Shown here: positions 56,344 to 64,000 of the stretch, one piece after another
How positions within the stretch are numbered: position 1 is the stretch's first letter
Layout: the number at the start of each line of letters is the position of its first letter
Assembly: GCA_903911145.1 (NCBI GenBank)
Contig: CAIWCD010000015.1
Coordinates: 1-64,000 of the forward strand
From: an uncultured delta proteobacterium
GTDB lineage: Bacteria; Myxococcota; Myxococcia; Myxococcales; 40CM-4-68-19
Length of the DNA: 64,000 nucleotides
Reading direction: 5' to 3'
The notes under the pieces: generated by a model
Database searches by the model: none
Told to the model about the DNA's origin: nothing
What the model saw: the letters and a program-made list of their open reading frames with translations, nothing else
Position numbers and translations under genes: made by a program

Positions 56344-57624
56344 TCAGGTGCCTGCGAGCCTGAGCGCTTTGAGGATCGCGGGACGAGAATGCAGGAACGC
56401 CTTCTGATCCACCTCGACCTGCGCCGCATACTTCTCAGCGAAGCCGACTGCCGCGTGCGCCGCTTCGTCAGCGCGAAACGAGCTCGTGTCCAGCAGCGCG
56501 TGCGCACTCGCGCGGCAGAGCAGGCGCGCTGTGACCTCTCCGCATTGGCGCGCGTACGAGACCAACTCGAGATGATCGGCGTCGCCCTTGCCAGTCGAGA
56601 ACCGATCGGTGCCGATCTTCTCCTCCTCTGGCTGAATCTCGCGGCAGAGCGCCGGGACCTTGCCTAGATGGGTCGCGGCGACGAGCGGCCACGGGCTTCC
56701 CTGCAGACGACGAATCGCAGCGGTCTGTGCCCGCGCGCGCTGCTCCGACGGCGCGATTCCACGCGCCTGATCCAGCGCGGACTGGCGCGCCTCCTTGATC
56801 TCGACGATGCGCCGCTCATCACCAGCGCCGCAGAGGACTGAGAAGCGCAGCCGCCCCAGCGAACCCGTACCCTTGAAGCGATACGCCACATCGAGCGGCG
56901 CCCAGGCGTGCTTGAGCGGAACCTTCAGCTGCTTGAGCGACTCGAGATATTCCGCGAAGGCCTTCTCGGCGACGTGCTCCCACGCCTTCGTCGCGCGCGC
57001 GTACTTTCGCGGCTCAGCATCGCAGCCGAACTTCTTGTGGCCACTCTCGGGAGCGGCTTTTGCAATCAACTGCTGCGCGGTGTGCGCGCCATGCTCGTGC
57101 ATCAACTCCTTCACGGGCGACTCGGCCTTGTCGTCGTAGGCCGCGACGGGAAAGCGGCCACCAATGCGGTCGAGCGCATCGGCCCACCCCTTCGCGATCG
57201 CCTTCGCGGCAGCCGCGCGGGACGTGTGCGAGACACCTGGCAGGAGATACGCGCTGGTGCAGAGGCGCTTGAGATCGAAGTCGGCCGGCCCCATCCCGAC
57301 GTCGTCGAAGTCGTTCACGTCGAAGCAGAGCTGTCCGCTCGCACCGCGGTAGACGCCGAAATTCTCCAGATGGAGGTCGCCGACAACCAGCGCTTCAGGA
57401 GCGGCAGCGGTCGCTCCTTTCACGCGATCCTGAAGCAGGTCGCGCGACATCAGATGGAATGTGCCGCGGAAGAATGCGAAGGGGGAGCGAGCGAGCGCGT
57501 CGAACTTGCGCAGCAGTGCCTCGTGCGTCAGGTCGCGACCATCGGCATCGCGCACGCGATGAGATTCATCGGTGAGCGGCTGGTTGTACTCGATGATTTC
57601 GCTGACGACGTCCCGCGATGTCAT
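56344..57624 (-). CDS. DUF2252 family protein (kinase-like fold)
   Basis: [39 protein letters not shown]. Confidence 0.88.
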   Translation of the reverse strand: MTSRDVVSEIIEYNQPLTDESHRVRDADGRDLTHEALLRKFDALARSPFAFFRGTFHLMSRDLLQDRVKGATAAAPEALVVGDLHLENFGVYRGASGQLCFDVNDFDDVGMGPADFDLKRLCTSAYLLPGVSHTSRAAAAKAIAKGWADALDRIGGRFPVAAYDDKAESPVKELMHEHGAHTAQQLIAKAAPESGHKKFGCDAEPRKYARATKAWEHVAEKAFAEYLESLKQLKVPLKHAWAPLDVAYRFKGTGSLGRLRFSVLCGAGDERRIVEIKEARQSALDQARGIAPSEQRARAQTAAIRRLQGSPWPLVAATHLGKVPALCREIQPEEEKIGTDRFSTGKGDADHLELVSYARQCGEVTARLLCRASAHALLDTSSFRADEAAHAAVGFAEKYAAQVEVDQKAFLHSRPAILKALRLAGT

Positions 57625-57659
57625 GGGAGCTCCTCGACTCACGCAGGTAGCGCGGCCAA

Positions 57660-58868
57660 TCAGGTGAACGATGCGAGGCCCGCCGCGAGCCGTTCGACGC
57701 CGCGGCGAATCTCGTCTTCCGAGGTCGCAAACGAGAGGCGCAGAAAGCCTTCCGCTCCAAACGCGGAACCGGGCACTACAGCGACACCGAAGGTCTCGAG
57801 GAGAATCTCGCTCAGTCGAACGGTGCCGCCGACCTTTTCTCCCTGGTGGGAACGCCCGAGCGCAGACGAGACGTCCGCGAAGACATAGAACGCGCCGTCT
57901 GGCTTTCCTGCGCGGACGCCTGGCACGCGCGAGAAGAGATCGAGCATGAAGTCGCGCCGCTTCTCGAAAGAGACGCGCATCGCCTCGACCGGCTCCTGTG
58001 GGCCGGTGAGCGCCGCGATCGCGGCGTGCTGCGAGAGGCTCGACGGGTTCGACGTCGAGGAGTCCTGCACCTTGTTCATCGCCGCGATGATCGCCTTCGG
58101 GCCGACGGCCCAGCCGAGGCGCAGGCCCGTCATCGCGTAGCTCTTCGAGCAGCCGTGGATGATCACGGTTCGCGGCTGCAACTCGGGCGCGACCTCGAGC
58201 AGCGCAGGCGCGCGCACGCCGCCGTAGACGAGCTTGCTGTAGATGTCGTCGCTGAGCACGATCGCTCTCGGATAGCGCGCGAGCACGTCGGCCACTTCGC
58301 GCAGAGCAGCCGCACTCCAGACCGCGCCAGTGGGGTTCGACGGACTGCCGAGAATCACCACGCGCGTCTTCTCTGTCATCACGCTCGCGAGCGCGGCGCC
58401 CGTGGGCTGCCAGCCATTCGCAGCGCTCATCTTCAGCTCGACAGGTATCGCGCCCGCGAGCTTCACCATGTCGGGATAACTCACCCAGTACGGGTTCGGG
58501 ATGACCGCTTCGTCTCCCTCGTCGAGCAGCGCCTGGCAGGCGTTGTAGAGCGCCTGCTTCGCGCCAGCCGTCGCCTGCACCTGCGCGGGCGTGGCGTCAA
58601 GCTTCGCCTCGGTGCGCGTGAATGCGCAGATCGCTTCGCGCAGTTCGGGCAGTCCAGCGCTCGGCGTGTAGCGCGTCGCGCCCTTGCGCAGCGCGGCCTC
58701 GATCGCCTGCGCGACATGCGCCGGAACAGGAAAATCGGGCTCCCCAACTGAGAGCGATGCGATGTCCTTTCCCTGCCGACGCAACTCTCCCGCTCGGGCG
58801 GCAATCGCCAACGTCGGAGACGGACGAACGGACTGAACACGGCGACTGAACTGGAACTCTTCGCTCAT
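57660..58868 (-). CDS. Class I/II PLP aminotransferase (aspartate aminotransferase-like)
   Basis: VGEPDF, GAKQAL, PYWVSY, SPSNPTG, DDIY, SKSYAMTGLRLG. Confidence 0.95.
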   Translation of the reverse strand: MSEEFQFSRRVQSVRPSPTLAIAARAGELRRQGKDIASLSVGEPDFPVPAHVAQAIEAALRKGATRYTPSAGLPELREAICAFTRTEAKLDATPAQVQATAGAKQALYNACQALLDEGDEAVIPNPYWVSYPDMVKLAGAIPVELKMSAANGWQPTGAALASVMTEKTRVVILGSPSNPTGAVWSAAALREVADVLARYPRAIVLSDDIYSKLVYGGVRAPALLEVAPELQPRTVIIHGCSKSYAMTGLRLGWAVGPKAIIAAMNKVQDSSTSNPSSLSQHAAIAALTGPQEPVEAMRVSFEKRRDFMLDLFSRVPGVRAGKPDGAFYVFADVSSALGRSHQGEKVGGTVRLSEILLETFGVAVVPGSAFGAEGFLRLSFATSEDEIRRGVERLAAGLASFT

Positions 58869-58943
58869 CGATGCCTCTGGCGGGAGCTGCGGCTGAATGC
58901 GCCGCGATCAAACTACTTTGAACACCAATATTTGGAGTGCCAA

Positions 58944-59453
58944 CTATTTCGTCGAGCCGCCCGGCGCAGCGTTCGAGGCGGCGAACCGGGCCTCGAGCGC
59001 GGCCTGCACCACAGGAGGGACGAGGCCCGAGACGTCTCCGCCGAGGCGAGCCACGTCGCGAACGAATCGGCTGGAGATGTAGAAATATTTTTCACCGGTC
59101 ATCATGAAGAGCGTGTCGATCTGCGGATCGAGCTTGCGGTTCATGTTGGCCATCTGGAATTCGTATTCGAAGTCGCTCACAGCGCGCAGTCCGCGCAGCA
59201 CCGTGCGGACATTCTCCTGCTGGGCGAACTTCACCAGCAGCCCGGAGAACGTCTTCACCGTCACGCGCGGGTCGTTTCCCAGCACCTCGCGCAGAAGCTC
59301 AACCCGCTCTTCGACCGTGAAGAGCGCATCCTTGGCGGGATTCTTGAGCACGGCCACGGTGAGGCCATCGAAGACCTCGAGGCCGCGCTGGATGATCGAG
59401 AGGTGCCCGAGCGTGGGCGGGTCGAACGAGCCGGGGTAGAGAGCGATGCGCAC
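58944..59453 (-). CDS. coaD: Phosphopantetheine adenylyltransferase
   Basis: [27 protein letters not shown]. Confidence 0.98.
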   Translation of the reverse strand: MRIALYPGSFDPPTLGHLSIIQRGLEVFDGLTVAVLKNPAKDALFTVEERVELLREVLGNDPRVTVKTFSGLLVKFAQQENVRTVLRGLRAVSDFEYEFQMANMNRKLDPQIDTLFMMTGEKYFYISSRFVRDVARLGGDVSGLVPPVVQAALEARFAASNAAPGGSTK

Positions 59454-59506
59454 GGTCGGGGATGCTCGCCCGAGAAGCGCGTGAACGCAATTTCACGAAC
59501 GACAAG

Positions 59507-59535
59507 TTGACGCGCGCCCGCGCCGTTCTTACTGT
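59507..59535 (+). promoter_or_regulatory. Sigma-70-type promoter of 6S RNA
   Basis: TTGACG (59507-12) - 17 bp - TACTGT (59530-35). Confidence 0.75.
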
Positions 59536-59570
59536 TGTCGCAGAGGAGAAACAGGGACGTCACCTCGACA

Positions 59571-59760
59571 CTTCCCTGCCTGGTTCGTGATGAGCGGCTG
59601 ACCTCGTGCCCGATAGCTGTCAATCGGGATTTCGATCCGCCCGCGGTGTGCATGCCCTCGAAGCGCGAGCCGAGAGGGAAGCCTGAAGCGGGCAACAGAG
59701 ATCCCACCTGCCTAGCGCAGGGCACCATCCGACGCTGTTCACACGACCGAGGCGGGGGCT
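59571..59760 (+). ncRNA. ssrS: 6S RNA (ends approximate)
   Basis: About 190-nt non-coding stretch whose ends pair (ccctgcctggttcgtg with cacgaccgaggcgggg), own sigma-70 promoter, directly upstream of the 5-formyl-THF cyclo-ligase gene (classic ssrS-ygfA synteny). Confidence 0.85.
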
Positions 59761-59765
59761 TTTTT

Positions 59766-59814
59766 GAAGGCGGCGGCAGGCTCAACAAGGGGCTGCCGCC
59801 GCCTTCGTTTTGTT
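59766..59814 (+). terminator. Intrinsic terminator after 6S RNA
   Basis: gaaggcggcggcag...ctgccgccgccttc 14-bp stem followed by gttttgtt. Confidence 0.75.
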
Positions 59815-59861
59815 GGCCGCGCACGCGTTGTGGTCATCGAACAGATGGAGACACGAATTCG

Positions 59862-60509
59862 ATGAAGGACCTGGACGTGCCAACGCTGATCGAATCTTCG
59901 GCGCTCGCGGCGGGTGGCCGCGCAGCTACAAAAAAGGCTCTGCGCGCCGCGGTGCGCACGAGGCTGCGCGCTCTCGGTCCCGTCCCGCCAGCGAGTTCTG
60001 CCCAGGCGATCGAACGGCTCATCCAATCTCGCCTTCTCGAGAACGCGACGTGCGTCGCGCTCTTTCGCGCCCTGCCCTCCGAACCCGACATCGGCGCCCT
60101 CGAAGCGATGCTGCTTTCGCGCGGCGTGAGCGTCTGCCTTCCGCTCGTGCACGAAGGCCAGCGCGAACTCACGTTTCACCGCGCGGGCGGCGCGCTCATG
60201 CGAGGACCGCTCGGCATCGAGCAACCGGAGACGGGCCGGGAACGGATCGACGAATCGCAAATCGACGTGTTCGTCGTCCCTGCGCTCGCGCTCGATCTGC
60301 ACGGCAACCGCCTGGGGCATGGTCGAGCGCACTACGACGCGACGCTCGCCGCGGCCCCGCGCGCGCTTCGGATTGGACTCGTCCGCGAAGCAGCGCTTGT
60401 TCCCGAGGTCCCGGTCGGCGAGCATGACGCCCCGCTCGATGCGCTCTGCACCGAAGCGCGGTTCATCTGCTTCACCGAGCGGGCGAAAGCAGCGGCAGCG
60501 CACCGATAG
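59862..60509 (+). CDS. 5-formyltetrahydrofolate cyclo-ligase (YgfA/Fau)
   Basis: KKALR, SEPD, GPLGIEQP, VVPALALD..GNRLGHGRAHYD, EHDAPLD. Confidence 0.92.
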   Translation: MKDLDVPTLIESSALAAGGRAATKKALRAAVRTRLRALGPVPPASSAQAIERLIQSRLLENATCVALFRALPSEPDIGALEAMLLSRGVSVCLPLVHEGQRELTFHRAGGALMRGPLGIEQPETGRERIDESQIDVFVVPALALDLHGNRLGHGRAHYDATLAAAPRALRIGLVREAALVPEVPVGEHDAPLDALCTEARFICFTERAKAAAAHR

Positions 60510-60544
60510 TTTGAGTGCAACATATCTGTGGAGCAATTGAAGAC

Positions 60545-61333
60545 GTGAAGGTCCTCTTCGTCGGCGACATCTTCGGGAGCGCAGGCCGGCGCGCGGTTCG
60601 CCACTTCGTGCCCCGACTGCGGGCAGAGCGCGGCATCGATCTCTGCATCGGCAATTCGGAAAACTCCGCGGGAGGATCCGGCGTCACCATCGATGGCGCA
60701 AACGAACTGCTCGGCGCCGGTCTCGATCTGCTGACGGGCGGAAATCACATCTGGGACAAGCGGGAGATCAACGCGTATCTCGACCGACCGAATTCAAAGC
60801 AGCTGCGGCCCGCGAACTATCCGGAGGGCGCGCCCGGCCGCGGGCACGCGATTCTGCAGGATGCGCGCGGGCGCAAGCTGGGCGTGCTCAATCTCGAGGG
60901 GCGCGTCTTCATGAAGAACCTCGACTGCCCGTTCCGCGCGGCAGACCGACTGCTCGCAGAGCTGCGCAAAGAGACGCCCTGCGTCCTCGTCGATATGCAC
61001 TGCGAGACGACCAGCGAGAAGAATGCAATGGGCCACTTCCTCGACGGCCGCGCGTCGGCTGTGCTCGGCACGCACACGCACATCCAGACAGCGGACGCGC
61101 GCGTGCTGCGAGGAGGAACCGCGTTCATGACCGACGTCGGAATGTGCGGACCGTGGGACAGCGTGATCGGGATGAAGAAGGAACACGTCATCCAGCGATT
61201 CCTCACCTCTCGCCACGCGCCGTTCGAGCCGGCGAGCGAAGAGGTCTATCTGCAGGGTGCGCTGCTTGAGCTCGATGACGAGACGGGCCGCGCGATCAGC
61301 ATCGAACGAATCCAGGAGAGGCTGCCCGCATGA
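60545..61333 (+). CDS. TIGR00282/YmdB family metallophosphoesterase
   Basis: [46 protein letters not shown]. Confidence 0.95.
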   Translation: MKVLFVGDIFGSAGRRAVRHFVPRLRAERGIDLCIGNSENSAGGSGVTIDGANELLGAGLDLLTGGNHIWDKREINAYLDRPNSKQLRPANYPEGAPGRGHAILQDARGRKLGVLNLEGRVFMKNLDCPFRAADRLLAELRKETPCVLVDMHCETTSEKNAMGHFLDGRASAVLGTHTHIQTADARVLRGGTAFMTDVGMCGPWDSVIGMKKEHVIQRFLTSRHAPFEPASEEVYLQGALLELDDETGRAISIERIQERLPA

Positions 61334-62691
61334 GTATGCAAGACGAAGCGAAGAACGCACGCACGACCAATCCGCAGTCGCCGCTTGCGCCGATCCGCGC
61401 CGAGGCGAATCAGACCGGCGTCGATGCGACGACGCTGGCGATGCTCCGGCGCGCAACTCCCGCGGAACAGCTTGCCGAGGTCACACGCGGGGCCGTCGAC
61501 GTGCACACGCGCGAGGACCTGCTCAAGAAACTCGAGCGTGCGTACGAAAAAGGAACTCCGCTTCGCGTGAAGATGGGATTCGACCCAACAGCGCCCGATC
61601 TGCATCTGGGACACACGGTCCCGCTCGAGCGAATGCGGCGCTTTCAGGACCTCGGACACACGGTCATCTTCCTCATCGGAGATTTCACCGCGTCGATCGG
61701 AGATCCGACCGGCCGCAACACGACGCGCCCCCCGCTCTCTGACGAACAGATTCTCGCGAACGCAGATACTTATAAAAAACAAGTATTCAAGGTTCTCGAT
61801 GAGGGCCGCACCGAAGTCCGCTTCAACTCGGAGTGGTTCAAGACGCTCGGCGCGAGCGGGATGATCAAGCTCGCCGGGCGCTACACACTTGCGCGCATGC
61901 TCGAGCGGGATGACTTCAAGCGGCGCTACAACGAGGAGCGGCCGATCGCGCTGCACGAACTTCTCTATCCGCTCGCGCAGGGCTACGACTCAGTCGCGCT
62001 CAAGAGCGATGTCGAGCTCGGCTCGAGCGATCAGCTCTTCAATCTGCTCGTCGGGCGCCAGTTGCAGAAGGAGTACCAGCAGGCGCCGCAGGTCTGCCTG
62101 ACCGGTCCGTTGCTCGAGGGAACTGACGCGAAAGAGGTCGACGGGAAGATCGTCGGAGACAAGATGTCCAAGTCGCTCGGCAACTACGTCGGCATCGACG
62201 AGCCGGCGAACGAGCAGTTCGGCAAGCTGATGTCGATCACCGACGGACTGATGTGGCGCTACTACGAGTTGCTCTCGCGCAAGACGACACCGCAGATCGC
62301 GGAACTCCGCGCGGCAATCGCTGCAGGCTCGGCGCATCCGAAGACCGCGAAGGTCGATCTCGCGAAGGAGATTGTCGCGCGCTACCACGGCGCGGCGGCG
62401 GGCGAGGCGGCGGCGGCGGCGTTCGAGGCCCAGTTTGCGCGCAAGGAAGTTCCTGACGAGATCGAGGAACTGACGATCGAGCGCGAAGCGGGAGCGGAGA
62501 CGCTGCCGCTGCTCAAGGCGTTGACGCGGGCAAACCTGGCGGCGAGCGGAGGTGAGGCACGCAGGTTGATCGCGCAAGGAGGCGTGAGCATCGAGGGAGC
62601 GAAGATCTCTGATCCCAATGCCTCGCTTCCGGCCGGCGTGCATCTGCTGAAAGTGGGTAAGCGCAAGTTCGCGCGGATCACGGTGAAGTAG
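61330..62691 (+). CDS. tyrS: Tyrosine--tRNA ligase
   Basis: [27 protein letters not shown]-terminal S4 domain; exact start uncertain. Confidence 0.98.
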   Translation: MSMQDEAKNARTTNPQSPLAPIRAEANQTGVDATTLAMLRRATPAEQLAEVTRGAVDVHTREDLLKKLERAYEKGTPLRVKMGFDPTAPDLHLGHTVPLERMRRFQDLGHTVIFLIGDFTASIGDPTGRNTTRPPLSDEQILANADTYKKQVFKVLDEGRTEVRFNSEWFKTLGASGMIKLAGRYTLARMLERDDFKRRYNEERPIALHELLYPLAQGYDSVALKSDVELGSSDQLFNLLVGRQLQKEYQQAPQVCLTGPLLEGTDAKEVDGKIVGDKMSKSLGNYVGIDEPANEQFGKLMSITDGLMWRYYELLSRKTTPQIAELRAAIAAGSAHPKTAKVDLAKEIVARYHGAAAGEAAAAAFEAQFARKEVPDEIEELTIEREAGAETLPLLKALTRANLAASGGEARRLIAQGGVSIEGAKISDPNASLPAGVHLLKVGKRKFARITVK

Positions 62692-62711
62692 CGCACGGAC
62701 ATCCGTCCGCT

Positions 62712-62741
62712 CGCGCCCCTATCTTCCGAGATATGGGCGCG
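62712..62741 (+). terminator. Hairpin after tyrS
   Basis: cgcgccc-c-tatct-tccg-agata-t-gggcgcg; no U tract. Confidence 0.4.
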
Positions 62742-62773
62742 TAACGAACGCCAGTCGCCGCAGTCTGTCGGGG

Positions 62774-63232
62774 ATGAACTTCACACGACGCGTGGCTACG
62801 GCCAACGATCTCGAACAGACGGTTGCGTTGCTCCGTGCGCAACTCGAAGAGCACGGTCAATCCCCGAGCGGCGACGACCTCGAACAAGCAACGCGCGTGC
62901 TGCTTGTCTCACCGGCGCTCGGGCGTGTGCTCCTCGCGGATGAACAAGGCAACGCAATTGGACTCGCGGTCCTCGCAACAACGTGGACTCTCGAGCGCGG
63001 CGGCCTGGCTGGATGGCTCGACGAGCTCTACGTCGCACCAGGGAGGCGCGGCATTGGAGTCGGTGCAGCGCTTCTCGACCGCGCAATCGCAATGGCGCGC
63101 GAGATGGGAGTCAGAGCGATGGAAGTTGAGGTTGCCGTCGATCATTCGCGAGCAGAACGGCTCTATCAATGACGAGGATTTGAGCCTCTTCTTCGTAACC
63201 GATTCGCGCTCTTGTTGGCGGAGGCAAGCTGA
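62774..63232 (+). pseudogene. GNAT acetyltransferase interrupted by an in-frame TGA at 63170-63172
   Basis: LDELYVAPGRRGIGVG motif A; reads AERLYQ*RGFEPLLRNRF..., next stop 63230-63232 just before the next ATG. Confidence 0.7.
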
Positions 63233-63233
63233 G

Positions 63234-64000
63234 ATGCACGCCGAAACACGCTCATCGATTCCGCCCGAACTTCGAAGGTCCTACCTGCGTCTACTCCCCG
63301 AGGCCCAGGAGCTTTACCTTGAGCGACTGGTTGAGCAGGCAGAGAAGCTCGTCCTCTTCGAAAGAGGACGACCGGTTGGGTATGCCGCGATCCACAACGC
63401 AACCCTCGTCGAGTTCTTCGTCGTCCCCGAAAAGCGCGACAAGCTTGACGAGGCATTGGCATCAGTCGAGGCGTTTGGATTCCGGCGTGTGCTCAGCAAG
63501 ACTTTCGACGAGCCACTGCTGGCCGCACTCTCCGCATTGGACATGCATTCCCGCACTGTCGGCGTGCTGTTCCGCCGTATCAACCCAGCCCCTTCACCGC
63601 CGCTGGTGCCTTGCGTCGCGCGCTTTGGCGGCATCGGGGACATTGATGCGGTTCTCGCGATTCACGATGGCTTCTTCGACTCGGCGGCCGAGGTAGCGGA
63701 CTACGCACGCAGCGGAGGGCTGGTGCTCTTCGCCGACGTTTCGCGTCACCTGCTTGGTTGCGGGGTGATGCGGAGAATCACCGAGGAACAAGAGTTCGTC
63801 GATATCGGGATGGTGGTGGCCCCCAGCCACCGAACCCGCGGACTGGGCGCGCAGATCGCTTGGTGGCTCAAGGACTACTGTGAGCGAAAAGCAATCAAGC
63901 CTGTGTGTGGCTGCGACGTCGAGAACATCGGCTCGCGCAAGGCCCTCGAACGCGCAGGCTTCCGCTCGATCCATCGCCTCCTCGAGTTCAGTCGGACGAG
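63234..64000 (+). CDS. GNAT family acetyltransferase (3' end beyond the window)
   Basis: Hand translation MHAETRSSIPPELRRSYL...VDIGMVVAPSHRTRGLG...CGCDVENIGSRKALERAGF; not in the ORF track. Confidence 0.85.
   Translation, partial: MHAETRSSIPPELRRSYLRLLPEAQELYLERLVEQAEKLVLFERGRPVGYAAIHNATLVEFFVVPEKRDKLDEALASVEAFGFRRVLSKTFDEPLLAALSALDMHSRTVGVLFRRINPAPSPPLVPCVARFGGIGDIDAVLAIHDGFFDSAAEVADYARSGGLVLFADVSRHLLGCGVMRRITEEQEFVDIGMVVAPSHRTRGLGAQIAWWLKDYCERKAIKPVCGCDVENIGSRKALERAGFRSIHRLLEFSRT

Noticed and set aside
58869..58943. AT-rich coaD-aminotransferase spacer with a short palindrome (ccaatatttgg)
   Set aside because: Too short and imperfect to distinguish from chance or an ordinary promoter
59535..59861. 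N-terminal extension of the cyclo-ligase ORF
   Set aside because: Overlaps the 6S RNA and its terminator; the recognisable protein starts near 59862
63170..63172. Selenocysteine codon in the GNAT
   Set aside because: The position is normally Arg/Lys rather than Cys, and no convincing SECIS hairpin follows

Overview
High-GC (about two-thirds by eye) bacterial chromosomal window. Gene content suggests Myxococcota (inference from AgmX/PglI-type domains, Cys/Gly-rich lipoproteins, FHA-TM and TPR proteins, a Ser/Thr kinase-receiver fusion and a Fur box of deltaproteobacterial type). About 55 CDSs are supportable. Housekeeping genes are fur, hemB, nadD, udk, a ClpA/C-type ATPase, queF, sdhAB, mdh, icd, pyk, coaD, 6S RNA with the 5-formyl-THF cyclo-ligase gene, a YmdB-family gene and tyrS. 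There is also a small glycosylation cluster (WcaJ-like, 2x GT4, GT2, GT-C-like). No tRNA, rRNA, CRISPR array or mobile element was recognised. Three real genes are missing from the ORF track: a minus-strand protein running off the left edge with an alternating 21-aa tandem repeat, a 53-aa very basic protein (7126-7287), and a GNAT running off the right edge. The best candidates for an undescribed system are (i) a six-gene envelope cluster at 29.0-34.3 kb with two paralogous AgmX/TonB-C-like + TPR + Cys-domain proteins, an FHA-TM protein and a HEAT lipoprotein, (ii) a tandem double ATP-grasp ligase paired with a DmpA peptidase, (iii) the repeat protein downstream of fur, and (iv) an adenylate cyclase fused to a signal-peptide-like segment and coiled coil. 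Many genes appear leaderless. All calls come from motif recognition by eye; no database search was run.
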